Origin: Scyliorhinus canicula
Lineage: Eukaryota
Reading direction: 5' to 3'
NCBI RefSeq assembly: GCF_902713615.1
Contig: NW_024056013.1
Location: 1,325,420-1,389,419, forward strand
Length of the DNA stretch: 64,000 nucleotides
In this document: positions 22,651 to 36,484 of the stretch, piece by piece
How the letters are laid out: every line of letters begins with the position of its first letter
Numbering within the stretch: the first letter of the stretch is position 1
Program-made: the position numbers and the translations under genes
Notes under the pieces: generated by a model
What the model was told of the DNA's origin: nothing
Database searches by the model: none
Seen by the model: the letters and a program-made list of their open reading frames with translations, nothing else

Positions 22651-23109
22651 AATTGATTACAGGGGTTGAATTCTGCTGTTATTGTTTCCGCTCTAACAGC
22701 CAGGACTGCATTTAGTTCATTCTGACAGGTGGTCAGTGGGGATGGTCGGAGGGTTTCTTTCTGCTGGACTGGCCGGTCTCACCACTTTGCCTCCAGTGGG
22801 CTGATGCTGTTTGAGCCTTGTTGCTAATACCTGGCTTCAAATTGCACAAGGATCTCAGAGTGAAAGGGTGTTTGGAATTGTGGAGATATTTATTTTCCAT
22901 TTCTGTTTGGAATCCCCCCGCCCGCCCTCAAAGCCACATTGCCATGGAGATGGGCCCTGGTGGTTACATGGTTCCTTTGTTTAATTTATCTGGGTGTTCC
23001 TCACAGAAGAAAACTATCAGGGTATGAGGGGCAAGTTGTCTAAGGTTGACTGGGAAACTCATTGGTACAGGGAATACCTAATATTTAAGGAATTATTACA
23101 TATTTATCA

Positions 23110-23335
23110 GGGGTCGGTTAGCTCAGTTGGCTGGACGGCTGGTTTGTGATGCAGAGCGAGGTCAACAGAGAGGATTCAACTCCCGTACTGGCTGAGTTTA
23201 TTCACGAAGGCCCCCCCCCCCCTTTTCAACCAGGCCCCTCGCCTGAGGTGTGCTGACCCTCGGGTTAAATTACCCCCAGTCAGCTCTCTCTCTGTCAAAG
23301 GGGAGAGCAGCCTATGGTCCTCTGGGATTTTTGCA
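23110..23335 (+). mobile_element. tRNA-derived SINE (same family as 2195-2390)
   Basis: ggtcggttagctcagttggctggacggctgg...gattcaactcccgtactggctgag. Confidence 0.75.
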
Positions 23336-23339
23336 ACTT

Positions 23340-26110
23340 TTATTTCACACATATACAACAAATATAGATTCCTTTAAGGAACAAAAATCTAACAGGAAAA
23401 ATGATGTAACCGTGGCTAACAAGGAAAGTTAAAAGATTCCATGAGATCCATTAAAATTCAGCAAAGGAGGACCAAGAAACTGATGAGAGCAAACTGGCGA
23501 GAAACATAAAAACCGACTGGAAAAGCTTCTACAGGAATGTGAAAAGGAAAAGATTAGCAAAGACCAATGTGGGTCCATTCAAGGCAGAGACAGGAGAGTT
23601 TATAATGGGGAGTAAGGAAATGGCAGAGAAACTAAACAATGTGTGTCTGTCTTCACAGAGGAAGATACAGAAATTGTCCCCAAAACACCAGAGAACCAAG
23701 GAACTGGCAGAGATTAGTATTGGTGAAAAAGTAGTACTGGAGAAATTAATGGGTTTGAAAGTGAATAAATCCCCAAAAGCTGATGATCTACATCCCAGAG
23801 TGTTGAACGAGGTGGCTGTAGAGATCTCTATCCTTCATTCTAAATTCTCCTGACTCTATCTGGAACAGACAAAACTTTTGACTGAGCCAAACGTTTCCTT
23901 TTTACGTAGCCATAGAAACTTTTGCAGTCCATTTTGATGTATTTTGCTCGTTCACATTCTATTCTATTCTCCCTTTGTCTCTCGGTGTCTTGGTCGAAGA
24001 ACGGACATAAATCCTCAGGAATGAATCATCACCTTGGACAGGTTCTGAGACAATTAAGTTTCGACTTATAGGGCCGGGTAACTATAATCGTGGAGTGTGG
24101 CTTTAGATTGTGCAAACGGGCAACGTTCTAGTTTATAGTTTAATATGTAGGTTTCCGAGTTAAAGTAGCTTCTCGTTTGTTTGTTGCATTAAAATCATAA
24201 GACTTGAAGTCCCGTCGTGTGATCCTTTAATTTGTTGACTGGGAATTTGATTTTTTTGAAGACGTTGCTGACCTTTACGGGGGTCCAAATCCACAAGTTT
24301 TGTCTTCCTATTTGAGCCTCGGGCACCTTTCTGTCTCTATTGCTCGTGTCACTGACAGCCAGGTGATGGAGCTGAGGGCTGAATTTAGCTGAGAATAACG
24401 GGGCCTGTTCCCCATTTGGGGAACTGCCATGGGCGTCGCTAATAGAGACAGGAAGGTGCTGGAGGCCTGACTGGGAACTGGACATCCAACCAATCAGGGT
24501 TCGGGGCGAGGGGGGGGGGGGGGTGACCGGGGCTGATGGTGATGCGACCCCCAGGGTTCAGTGCCCCCGTGTCCAAAGCGGGGAGTCACGGGGACAGGGT
24601 ACAGAGGAGCTGAAGGGAAACCATTTGGGACCCAGAACATTGTGAACATCCTGTTACTCTGATTGTCTTTGATCCTCAAGTAATTTTCTGTTAGTTTTTT
24701 TAAACCATGTTCTGTTTTATCAATAAACTTTTAACAGTAAACTATTTGAATTTGTTGGACTTTTCCTGATTAAATTTGTTCACTTTCGGGAAAGTAGGTG
24801 ACAGGGGTTGACAGGCTCTTTAACAGAAAGTGAGTCCGTCTAAGGTAATTGGCACAGGAGCCAGAGGGGTAGAGGAAATCTGATTTTTCTTTTGACAGTG
24901 ATTGAAAATGGGTTCATGAAATCAATCGTGATTGACTAATTTATCAAGATTCTTTGAGGAGGTAACAAGGGATGTCAATAAAGGGGAACCTGTAGATGTG
25001 CTTTTATCATTTCCCAAGGTGTCACATCAAAAGTTATTACACAAAGTAAGAACTTGTGGCATGGGGGCAACATATCAGCATGAATAGAGGATTGGTGGGC
25101 GAACAGGAAGCAGCCAGTCGGTATAAATGGGTCATTTCTGGGTGGGTAAAATTTGACAAGTGGAATGTCACCAGGATCAGTGTTGGGCTCCCAACCATTT
25201 ACAATCTGTATGAATGTGTTGGATGACGGGATTGAATGTCTGGCGGCTAAATTTTCTGATGCCTCAAAGACAGGTCGGACAGCAATTTGTGAAGTGGATT
25301 TAAGTACTCTGACTACAAATAGGTTAAGCGGGTGGCAAAAACCTGGCAGATGGAGCATAACTTTGGAAATTGTGAATTGTCCACTTTGTCAGAAAGTATT
25401 AAATAAAACAATATTATTTAAATGGGGAGAGATTGCAGAACTCGGAGTTACAGAGGGATCGGGTGTCCTGGAATCGCAAGTTAGTCTGCAGGTACACCAA
25501 GTGATTAGGAAGGTCAATGGAATATTGTAAATTGCAAAGGAAATGGAATATAAAAGTGGGGATGTTTTGCTGCAGTTGTACAGGGCCTTCGTGAGACCAT
25601 ATTTAGAGCACTGTGTACCGTTTGGGTCTCCTTATTTCAGAAATGAGATAAGTGCATTAGAAGCAGTATAGAGAAGGTTGACTCTGGATTCCTGGAATGA
25701 GGGGATTATCCTCTGAGGAAAGGTTTGACAGGTTGGGCCTGTATCCATTGCAGTTTAGAAGAATGAGAGATGATCTTATTTAAACACAGGAGACGCTGAG
25801 TGGAATTGACAGAGAGAATGTTTCCCCTTGTGGCAGAGACTAGAACTAGGGGACACCATTTACAAATAAGGGGTCTCCCATTTAAGATGCTGATAATTGT
25901 GCCCCCTGATGACTGTGGGTCTATGAATCTTTCTTCCCGAGGGCTGGAGGTGGGGCCATTGAAGCTGCTTTAAGGCTGAATTTGATCGATTCTTGATTGA
26001 CAACAGAATGAAAGGATGGAGAAGGAAAGTGGAGTTGAGACCACAATCAGATTAGCCCTGATTTCATTGAATGGAGGAGCAGGATCGAGGGGACGAATGG
26101 TCGACTCCTG
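23340..26110 (+). mobile_element. Degenerate CR1 ORF2 fragments (~23340-23830, ~24880-26110) flanking LTR-like sequence (~23850-24800)
   Basis: Peptides KTNVGPFKAETGE..LHPRVL and SGMSPGSVLGSQPF..KFSD. The intervening sequence has CCAAT and AATAAA and ends in tgaca, but no TSD was found. Confidence 0.6.
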
Positions 26111-27479
26111 CTCCTAATTTATATTGACCCCTAACACCTCCACTTCCCCAAACTCTGAAATGATTCACAGTGATAGCCCTTATTGGTGGCAGTGGTTAGA
26201 TTTAATTCAGTATAAATAAGAGTTGACAGTCTAATGTCTGAGCAGTAGTATCAAAATGCAGCAGCATTACCATTACACTCTGGGTAGAAGCACCCTCTCC
26301 ATTGGTTGTTTTAAAGTCAGTTTCTCTCTGGAGTGTGTGTCAATGCTTTGATGCTGTCACAATATTGTCTCAATCCCTTGGTTACATTAACATAGAACAT
26401 TACAGCGCAGTACAGGCCCTTCGGCCCTCGATGTTGCACCGTCCTGTGAAACCCCTCTAAAGTCCCTCTACACTATTCCCTTATCGTCCATATGCCTATC
26501 CAATGACCATTTGAATGCGTTTAATGTTGGCGAGTCCACTACTGTTGCAGGCAGGACATTCCACGCCCTTACTACTCTGAGTAAAGAACCTACCTCTGAC
26601 ATCTGTCCTATATCTATCTCCCCTCAATTTAAAGCTATGTCCCCTCGTGCTGGACATCACCATCCGAGGAAAAAGGCTCTCACCGTCCACCCTATCTAAT
26701 CCTCTGATCATCTTGTATGCATCAATTAAGTCACCTCTTAACCATCTTCTCTCTAAAGAAAACAGCCTCAAGTCCTTCAGCCTTTCCTCATACGATCTTC
26801 CCTCCATACCAGGCAACATTCTTGTAAATCTCCTCTGTACCCTTTCCAATGCTTCTACATCCTTCCTATAATGTGGCGACCAGAACTGCACACAATACTC
26901 GAAATGCGGCCACACCAGAGTTTTGTACAACTGCAACATGACCTCATGGTTCCGAAACACAATTCCTTTACCATTTCATCTCCTACTGTGTCTCAAGTAG
27001 CTGTGTGTGTTTGGGACCCGGTCTTCAGCCCATTTCACCGTAAATTTACACTTGCTATTTTTCATATGTAACAAATGATATCTACACACTCACACCAGTG
27101 TACCAAAATCATGTCACACACTCTTAACTCAGATGCGTTGATGAAAAGACCAAAGTGAGTGTCCGTCTTTCTTATTTCCCTGTTACGGTGCTGATATTTT
27201 ACATAGTGGCCGGGCTTTCAAATGTGGATTTCTTTAAAACAAAATTCATGGGCAAGGATGGAAATATTTCCAAGAGAAAGTGATCAACTCATTCATCCAT
27301 TACACATCCAGACTTTCACTGGAAAGTAGGTGGATACCAGATTGAAACATTCCATTCAGACACACCCATGGTAAAGTATTCCAATTCATTTATTGTCCAG
27401 GACAATATATTCACAATATCTTTAAAACAGAAAATAAACGTTCCTATGTGATTTCAGACATTAACATATTCGGTTTGTT

Positions 27480-29520
27480 CTTTATGGTCGATGTCAGGCT
27501 GGGGTTGTTCACCTTTTCGCAAAGGAGATTGAGGGGATATTTGATAGAGGTGGACAAGATTATGACAGGTTTCGATAAGGTGGATAAAGAAAAGTTGTTC
27601 CCATTAGCTGAAGGGACAAGGACGAGGGGGAGACAGATTTCAGGTTTTGGGTAAAAGATGCAGAGGGAATGTGAGGGAGAATATTTTGATGCAGGGAATG
27701 GTAATGACCTGGAACTCGCTGCCCTGTGAGGAGGGTGGGAATGAAGACAATGGAAGATTTCAAATGGAAACCGAATGGGCATCTCGGGATCTAAACTTGC
27801 AGGGCTACAGGGATAGATGGGACTGACTAGTTTGCTCCAGGGAGCCAACAGGGAATCAATAGGCTGAATGGCCTCCTCGGATCTCATGACTGATCTGAAA
27901 ACAACAATTGCAGCTGCTCCAGTCTCTCCCACCTCATTGAAGTCCCTCATCCCTGGTACTATTCTCATAAATCTCCTCCGCACTCTCTCTGAGAACATCA
28001 CATCTTTCCTAGTGTGGGGCCCATATATAGGGTTCCATTCCAGAGGGATCGAATTGAAGCAGGGAGTTATGTTCAACTTGTTTAGATCCAGGGCTGGACG
28101 ACACTGGGAGCACCGTCAACATTGATGATCTCCGTTTAGAAAAAGGAAATAGAGACTCTGGAAAAGGAGCAACAAAGATTCCAAGAATATACGAGAACAG
28201 CGCATTTAATCTTAGGAAAGACTGGGACTGCTTTCCTCTAGAAAAGAGAAAACTGAAAAGTGACCTAATGGAAGATTATGAGGAGGTTCAATAATTCAAT
28301 AGGAATTTCAGCAGAAACCTCTTTACCCAGCGAGTGGTGAGAATGTGGAACTCACCACCACAGAGAGTGGTTGAGGTGAACAGCATGAATACATTGAAGG
28401 GGAATCTGGATACAGACATGAGGGAGAAAGGAATAGAAGGAGATGCTGATGGGGGGGGGGGGATGAAGAGGGGCGGGTGGAGGATCATGTGGAGCATAAA
28501 TACTGACACAGACCAATGGAGCCAACTGGCTGCAAACTCATGGAACACAGATAAATGTATTGATTTTAGATCCACCTGTACTGGTAGGGAACATCTCTAT
28601 TCCTCCCACTGTGAAGGCCAACATACCATTCTATTGACATAGAAACATAGAAAATAGAAGCAGCAGGAGGCCCTATACAATTGCAGTAAAACAGGCCCTT
28701 TGAGCCTGTCCACCATTCATTCTGATCATAGCTGATCATCAAGTTCAATACCCTTGGTCCCGCTTTCCCCCCCCCCCCCCCAGATCCCTTGATCCCTCAA
28801 GCCCCAAGAGCTGTATCTCATTCCTTCTTGAAAGTACACTATGTTTTGGCCTCAACAATTTTTGTGGTAGCGAATTTAAGATTCCCCACTCTCTGGATGA
28901 AGAATTTTCTCTTCACCTCAGTTTGAAAATGTTCCCCCTTATCCTCAAACTATGACCCCTAGTTCTGGACTCCCCCACCATCGGGAACATTCTTTCTGAA
29001 TCTACCCTGTCTAATCCTTTTAGAATTTTGGAAGTTTCGATGAGATCCCCTCTCACTCTTCTAAACTCCAATAAATATAATCCTAACCGATTTAGTCTCT
29101 CCTCATATGACAGTCCCACCATCCCAGGAATCAGCCTGGTAAACATTCACTGCACTCCCTACATTGCAAGAACATCCTTCCTCAGATAAGGACACCAAAC
29201 TGAACAAAATACTCCTGGTGTGTCCTCACCAATGCCCCATACAACTGCAGTAAAACATCTCTATTCCTCCCGTTATGAAGGCCATCATACCATTTGCCTT
29301 CTTTCCTGCCTGCTGTACCTGTGTGCTTACTTTCAGCGACTGATGCACGAGGACACAGGCCGCGCTGAGTATCCACCTCTCTCAAATTACACCCATTCAA
29401 ATAATAATCTGCCTTCCTATTTTTGCTACTGAAGTGGACATCCACATTATACTGCATCTGCCATGCATATGCCACTCACAGTCTGTCCAAATCCTGCTGA
29501 AGCATCTCTGCATCCTCCTC
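27480..29520. mobile_element. Cluster of CR1 3' fragments (+ ~27480-27880, + ~28300-28500, - ~28630-29520)
   Basis: Peptides GLFTFSQRRLRGYLIEV and LSYEERLNRLGLYLLEFRRVRGDLIE; CR1-type tails. Confidence 0.75.
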
Positions 29521-30056
29521 ATAACCATCTGGCCCATCGAGTCTGCATCAACCCTCTGAAAGAGCACTCCACCCAAGTCAACTCACCCACCCGATCCCAA
29601 TAACCAAACCTACACATTGGCACAAATGGGCAATTTAGAATGGCCAATCACCTAACCTGCACATCCTTGGACACTCAAGAGGCAATTTGGCATGGTTGGT
29701 GGACCTCAAAAGCATGGCCAATCCACCTAACCTGCACATCTGTGGACTGTGGGAAGAATCTGGATCACCGGGAGAAAACACACGCTGACACAGAGCAAGG
29801 GCAAACTCCACACAGGCAGTCACCCAAGGCCAGAATGGAACCCTAAACAGGATGAAATAAAAGTATCCTTCATCAGCTTTTGTGGATCATTTCAGTGGGA
29901 AGGTGCTCTTAAGACTCAACATCCGCCCACTGGAAGCTACGTCGGGAGACCGGCCAGTCCAGCAGAAAGAAACTCTCCGACCCTCCCACTTCACCAAGTG
30001 TCAGAATGTCAATCCTGGATGTGATTAACAGCAGCGATAACAGCAGAATCCAGCCC

Positions 30057-30989
30057 CTATAATCGCTTGTGAACTCGCTGATGTGTCTGCAGGTTGGCTG
30101 ACTGTGTGAATCCCTTCCTACAAACAGAACAGATGAATGGTCTCTCCCCAGTGTGAACTCTCTGATGTGTCAGCAGGCTAGATGACTGAGTGAATCCCTT
30201 CCCACATTGAGAGCAGAGGAATGGCCTCTCCCCAGTGTGAACACGCTGGTGTTTCAACAGGGTGGATGAATCTCTGAATCCCTTTCCACAGGCAGGGCAG
30301 GTGAATGGTCTCTCTCCGGTGTGAATTCGCTGGTGAGAGAGCAGGGTGGAGGACTGAGTGAATCCCTTCCCACAGTCAGAACAAGTGAACGGCCTTTCCC
30401 CATTGTGAACTCGCTGGTGTATCAGCAGCTTGGATAACTGAATGAATCCCTTCCCACATTCAGAGCAGGTGAACGGCCTCTCTCCAGTGTGAACCGCCTC
30501 GTGTGTCAGTAAGTGGGTTAACTGAGTGAATCGCTTCTCACACTGAGAGCAGGTGAATGGCCTCTCCCCCGTGTGAACCCGCTGGTGTTTCTGTAGATTG
30601 GATGAATTAGTAAATCCTTTGTCACACTGGGAGCAGGTGAAAGGCTTCTCCCCAGTGTGAACTCTCTGGTGTGACTGCAAATGGGATAACAGAGTGAACG
30701 CCTTCCCACATTCTGAACAGGTGAATGGCCTCTCACCAGTGTGAACTCGCTGGTGTGATTGAAGGTTGGATGATCGACTGAATCCCTTCCCACAATCACA
30801 GCAGGTGTATGGCCTCACCCCGGTGTGAACTCGCTGGTGCATCAGCAGGTTGGATGAATCACTGAACCCCTTCCCACAGTCAGAGCAGGTGAACGGCCTC
30901 TCTCCAGTGTGACTGCGACGATGGATTTCCACCTCAGATGGAGCTTTGAATCCCTTCCCACAGTCCCCACATTTCCACGGTTTCTCCAT
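30057..30989 (-). CDS. C2H2 zinc-finger protein copy B, intact, 11 fingers (310 aa), no KRAB domain in the exon
   Basis: ATG at 30989 ([10 protein letters not shown]); 11 CxxC-x12-HxxxH units with TGERPF linkers; acceptor ttttacag|g with exon start 31342. Confidence 0.88.
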   Translation of the reverse strand: MEKPWKCGDCGKGFKAPSEVEIHRRSHTGERPFTCSDCGKGFSDSSNLLMHQRVHTGVRPYTCCDCGKGFSRSSNLQSHQRVHTGERPFTCSECGKAFTLLSHLQSHQRVHTGEKPFTCSQCDKGFTNSSNLQKHQRVHTGERPFTCSQCEKRFTQLTHLLTHEAVHTGERPFTCSECGKGFIQLSKLLIHQRVHNGERPFTCSDCGKGFTQSSTLLSHQRIHTGERPFTCPACGKGFRDSSTLLKHQRVHTGERPFLCSQCGKGFTQSSSLLTHQRVHTGERPFICSVCRKGFTQSANLQTHQRVHKRL

Positions 30990-31489
30990 AGTGCAAGTCA
31001 ACTTGTAACTCTCCAGGTTCGATGATCAATTGAAGCCTCGTCCACACACAGAACACGGGTACGGTCTTTACCCGCTGTAAACGGTATGATGTTTCTTCAG
31101 GCTGTGTAACTGGCTAAAACTCTTTCCACAGTCAGGAACACTCTCACTCGGGTGTGTGTTGTGTGGGTCTCGGTGCTTTTCCAGTCACACTGATGTTTGA
31201 AACCTTTAGAAGCTGACAGTTCGGAAAACATTTCTTCTAGATTCAAAGGCCGATGATATTCAGGTTCCAGGGAATCGAGTGACTGTCAGGTAGAGATGTG
31301 ACGTTTGAGACTTCTGTCTGTAATTCTTCCTTATCTAATATCCTGTAAAAACAATTTAGAAAATCCCTCGCTGTCAGTACAGAATAGAAACTCAGAACAG
31401 ATCATTCTAGTTCGTATGGAACAATTTTTCCTCTCTCTTATTTTCCGAAAGCTGCAAATCTCCATCCCACACACTCCCTCCATTCTCAC

Positions 31490-34260
31490 TCTGGTGGATC
31501 CCTGTGGTGTGCCGCTGGTCACTGGCTTCCAGTCACTAAAGCAGCCGTCTGTCATCATCCTCTGCCTCCTACAGCTAAGCCAATTCTGAATCCACCCCAT
31601 CATGTTACCTCTATCCCATGTGCTTTTGCCTTCTTTATATGTCTCTCGTTTGGGATCTTGTCAAAGGCTTTGCTGAAATCCAGCAAACTGCATCAACTGC
31701 ACTACCCTCATCTGCACAGCCAGTCACATAAAAAATCAATTCAAAATTTGTTAGGCATAACCTCCCTCTAACAAGCCACGCTGACTATTCCTGATCACAT
31801 CTTGCCCTCCAAGTGAAGATAAGTCTCTGTCCTTCTGAATTTTCTCCAATGTTTTCCCTACCACTGACGTGAGACTAACTAGTCTGTAGTTTCCTGGCTT
31901 ATCTCGACAACCTTTCTTAAGGTAAGACCACATTAGCTGATCTCCAGTCCTCTGGCACCTCTCCGTGGCCAGAAAGGATTTAAAAATTTGGGGCAGAGCT
32001 CCTGCAGTCTCTTCCCTCATCTCTCAGAGCATCCAGGGACACAGTTCATCCACACTTGGAGATTTGTCCACTTTTAAGCCTGCCAACACCATGTCACTCC
32101 CCACGTCAATTTGCTCAGAAACCTCAGTCTCCCTGTCCGAGTTCCATATCTATCTCCTCATTCTCTTGTGTGAAGACAGATGTGAAGTATTCGTTCAACA
32201 GCTGACCAATATCCTCTGGCTCCACACACAGATTGCCCCTTGTCCCTAATGGGAACACACTGTTCTTGATCTGATGAAAGATCATGCTGACCTGAAACAT
32301 TAACTCTGTTTTCCTCCACAGACCAGCCTCCCGTACCAGCCTCCCCGGACAGGTGCCGGAATGTGGCGACTAGGGGCTTTTCACAGTAACTTCATTTGAA
32401 GCCTACTCGTGACAATAAGCGATTTTCATTTCATTTTCAGATGCTGCCCGTTATGCTGAAGATTTCCAGCATTTAAAAAAAAATGTCTAACCAGGATTTT
32501 ATATATCTCAGTGCTTCTCCAGTCACACAGATTCTGGAAATCTTTACCGACAAACAGAACAGACCAGAAGCAATAGGGACAGGAGTCAGCCATTCAGCCT
32601 TTGAACTGCTCCACCATTTAATGAGATCACAGCTGATCTCACACTCACTAAGTCCACTTTCCTACCTTCTCTCTATTCCCCAACCGATTAAAAACATATC
32701 AATCTCAGCCTTGCAACTGATGAAGGACTCGGCCTCCACGTTACCTGGGGTAAATAATTCCAAGATTCACCAGTTTGAGAGAATTCTTTCCTCATTTGGC
32801 AGACCCTCATCGTTCCTTGAAGAAGGTGATCAAGACTGTACAGTGTTCGAAATGTGACCTCACTGGCTGCTTGTGAAGCTGCAGCAACACCACTTTGCTA
32901 TTAGACTCCACCCTCCTTGAAATAAACATAATAATCTTTATTAGTGGCACAAGTAGGCTTAACACTGCAATGAAGTTACTGTGAAAATCCCCTAATCGCC
33001 ACGCTCCGGCATCTGTTCGGTTACACCGAGGGAGAATTCAGGATGTTCAATTCACTTAACAAGCACGTCTTTCGGGACTTGTGGGAGAAAACCGGAGCAC
33101 TTTAAAGAAACACACGCAGACACGGGGAGAACATGCAGACTCCGCACAGACAGTGACCCAAGCTGGGAATCGAACCCAGGTCCCTGGCGCCGTGAAGCAA
33201 CAGTGCTAACCATTGTGTTACTGTGCCACCCAATAACGCGGGTGATTATTTGATTATTCTGCCCGCTGTCCCAAGGCAGCAGGAGGTGTTGACAGAGTCA
33301 GTGGATGGAAGGGGGTTGGGAAGTGGGTGAGAAGAATGGATGGGAGGACACCAAGATCCCGCTGCACAAAAGCATTTATGAAGTTTCTCTTCATTTAGAT
33401 AATAAGTTGCCTTTTTATTCAATTTTGGCCCACTCACCCAACCTATGCAAATCCATTAGTTTATTTCATATTTCCCCACTGCAACTTGTTTTCCCACCCA
33501 TTTCAGTGTTATCTACAAATTTAGATATTGTATATTCTGACTGTCCCATAATCATTAATACAGGTTGTAAATAGATGGGGCCCGAGGGCCAAACCCTGAG
33601 GCACATCACTGGTTACAGCTTGCCGACCAGAAAAAGACAGATTAATCCTCACTCTACTGTCGGTTGGTTAGCCAATCCTTTATCCAAGCGATAGAATTTG
33701 GGAGAATTTGGTTCAAGCGCCTGACTAGTTAACAGGAGATCCTGGCTTCGAAATCCAGTGGTGCCTATTCTTTATTTTAAGGACGGCACAGTGGTTAGCA
33801 CTGTTGCTTCTCAGTGCTGCGGACCCGGGATCCATTCTCGGCTTGGGTCACTGTGCGGAGTCCGTACGTTCTCACCGTGTCTGTATGGGTTTCCTCCGGG
33901 CGCTCTGGCATTCTCCTACAAGTCCCAAAAGACGTGCTGTTAGGCGAATTGGACATTCTGAATTCTCCCTCCGTGTACCCGAACAGGCGCCAGAATGTGG
34001 CGACTCGGGGGTTTTCACAGTAACTTCATTGCAGTGTTAATGTCAGCCTACTTGTGACACTAAAAAAGATATATTACATTGCCTGTCATTCCCATGGGAT
34101 CTTACCTTGTTTATTACCTTTTGTGCAGCACCGTATCAAATGTATTTTGGAAGTCCAAATACATCGACAGTACCCCCATTATTCATTTGGCTTGTGACAC
34201 CTTCGAAGAACTTTAACAAATGATTCAAACACGATTTACCTGTCACAAAACCATGCTGGC
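31490..34260 (-). mobile_element. Degenerate CR1 fragments with inserted SINEs
   Basis: Peptides GCRDKPGNYRLVSLTSVVGK and WKPVTSGTPQGS; V-SINEs at ~32930-33230 and ~33781-34075. Confidence 0.7.
33708..33766 (+). pseudogene. tRNA-Thr(AGT) pseudogene fragment (5' end missing)
   Basis: ttggttcaagcgcctgactAGTtaacaggagatcctggcttcgaaatccagtggtgcct matches, from memory, vertebrate tRNA-Thr(AGT) from the D-loop to the 3' end with ~7 substitutions; acceptor-stem 5' strand absent. Confidence 0.7.
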
Positions 34261-34289
34261 TCTGATGGACCTCTCACCTGATACAGCAA

Positions 34290-35125
34290 AATATAGATAG
34301 ATTGGAGAGTTGGGCAGAGAAATGGCAGATGGAGTTCAATCCAGACAAATGCAAGGTGATGCATTTTGGAAGATCTAACTCAAGAGCAGACTTGCTCTTG
34401 GTGAATGGAAGAGTCCTGGGGAAAATTGATGTACAGAGAGATCTGAGAGTTCAGGTCCATTGAACCCTGAAGGTGGCAACGCAGGTCGATAGAGTGGTCA
34501 AGAATATATACAGCATGCTCGCCTTCATCGGACGGGGTATTGAATATAACAGTCGGCAGATCATGTTACAGTTGTATCGGATTTTGGTTAGGCCACATTT
34601 GGAATACTGCATGCAGTTCTGGTCGCCACATTACCAGAAGGATGTGGATGCTTTACAGAGGGTGTAGAGGAGGTTCACCAGGATGTTGCCTGGTATGGAG
34701 GGTGCTAGCTATGAAGAAAGGTTGAGTAGATAGGACTGTTTTCATTGGAAAGACGGAGGTTGAGGGGAGAACTAATTGAGGTCTACAAAATTATGAGAGG
34801 TATGGACAGGGTGGATAGCAACAAGCTTTTTCCAAGAGTGGGGGTGTCAATTACAAGGGGTCACGATTTTCAAGGTGAGAGGGGAAAAGTTTAAAGGAGA
34901 TGTGCGGGGAAAGTTTTTTACACAGAGGGTGGTGGGTGCCTGGAATGCTTTGCCAGCGGAGCTGGTCGAGACCGGTACGAGAGCATCATTTAAGATGCAT
35001 CTGGACAGATATATGAAGGGGTGGGGAACAGAGAGAAGTAGACCGTGGAAAATAGGCAACAGGTTTAGATAAAGGATCTGGATCGGCGCAGGCTTGGAGG
35101 GCCGAAGGGCCTGTGCTGTAATTTT
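34290..35125 (+). mobile_element. 5'-truncated CR1 (RT C-terminus to 3' UTR)
   Basis: Peptides VRPHLEYCMQFWSP and KFFTQRVVGAWNALP; tail gggccgaagggcctgtgctgtaattttctttg. Confidence 0.85.
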
Positions 35126-35244
35126 CTTTGTTTTTGAAACCTCACAATGCCCGGGGAATGATTGACGGCATCTCCGGACCAATGGAAGCAGAGGGGGGGG
35201 GGGGGGGGGGGGGAACAGGAGGCCTGTTCGGAAGCAGCTGGTCC

Positions 35245-35640
35245 TCCAACCAATCACAGTGAATGGGTGGGCGGGACTGGGCTGAGTGAAGCATGCGCAG
35301 TGTGATTAATGGCGACGTGAAGAAGGTTCTTTCTCCGATTCACAATCCGTAAAGGTCGGAATGGCAGGTCAGTGGGATCAGCCCGGTCGTGAGGCACACT
35401 TCCTAAACATATGATAGAAACAGGAAACCGGGAAAAATAACCTACCGGTACCCGGTGACCTGAGCGGAGGCTGCAGCTTTCTCACAGACGGGACGAAGCA
35501 GCCACCATCTTTGTTTCGCACTAGCAGGAATGCGCATGCGCACACATTTTTAATTGCGTACTCGCAGCAGTGCGCACGCGCGCCCAGCATATCTTCATTG
35601 TAGCAGAGCGCATGCTCAGTCGCCATCATTGTTGGGGGCA
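35245..35640. promoter_or_regulatory. Putative bidirectional CpG-island promoter between ZNF B (-) and ZNF C (+)
   Basis: CCAAT ~35250, GC box ~35269, GCATGCGCA 35291, palindromic TGCGCATGCGCA 35531-35542, YY1-like aatggcg and ccatcttt, candidate donor ggcag|gtcagt ~35367. Confidence 0.6.
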
Positions 35641-36484
35641 ACATTTTTTAAAATGTTTATGGTGCAGAACAATGATACATATCCAGAGCTGTGACAATAA
35701 TTCGTATTTATATTGTGCCTTGAACAGAATAAAACATTAAGACTTTTCAGAGAAACGTTACAAAATAGGTGATCTTGATGATGATGTGGATATATGTTTG
35801 GGAGCTCATCTGGGGGTGAAATATTTCACCATTGTTGTGAACAGTTTGCTTCAGTCTCAGACATTTTGCAGGAACAGACAGGGATTGTGTTTGTCGAGGG
35901 AACGGAAGAGAATGGGTTTAATCTTCTCGATATTTAAATAGAGTAAATTTCTGCTCCTTCAGCACTTGATGTCAGACAAGATCGGGCATTGTGTGTCTTG
36001 GAAGGGAACTTACAGGTAGTGATGTTAACACACAGCTGCTGTCCTGGTCCATCCAGGTGGTGGAGGTGAAGGGTTGAGGAGATTCTGTCAAATTGTGATT
36101 CTGAAGTAGGTATATATTCTCATTTCATTTTTTTCAAATTCCTCTCAATTGTTCCTGTCACTCCCACTCCCTTTTCTCTCTCCCTTTCCCTTATCATTTC
36201 TGTCTTTCCTCGCTGTCTCTCCACCATGACTCACTCTCTTTTTATCTCTCTCTGTCTTTCTTGTCACGTGGAATTCCCTAGCCCAGAAGGTTGTGGATGC
36301 TCCATTGTTGAATATATTTAAGGTTAAGATGGTGTGATTTTTGGTCTCTCAGGAAGTTAAGGAAACGGGGAGCTGGCAGGAAAGGAGACTGGAAGACCAA
36401 GATCAGCCACAACCGTGTTCAATGGCAGACCAGGTTTGACAGGCCAAATGATCTACTTCTGCTTCTGTTTCTTGTATTCTTGCA

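Noticed and set aside
23850-24800. One or two solo LTRs
   Set aside because: LTR-like composition (CCAAT, AATAAA, tgaca end), but I could not identify matching termini and a TSD
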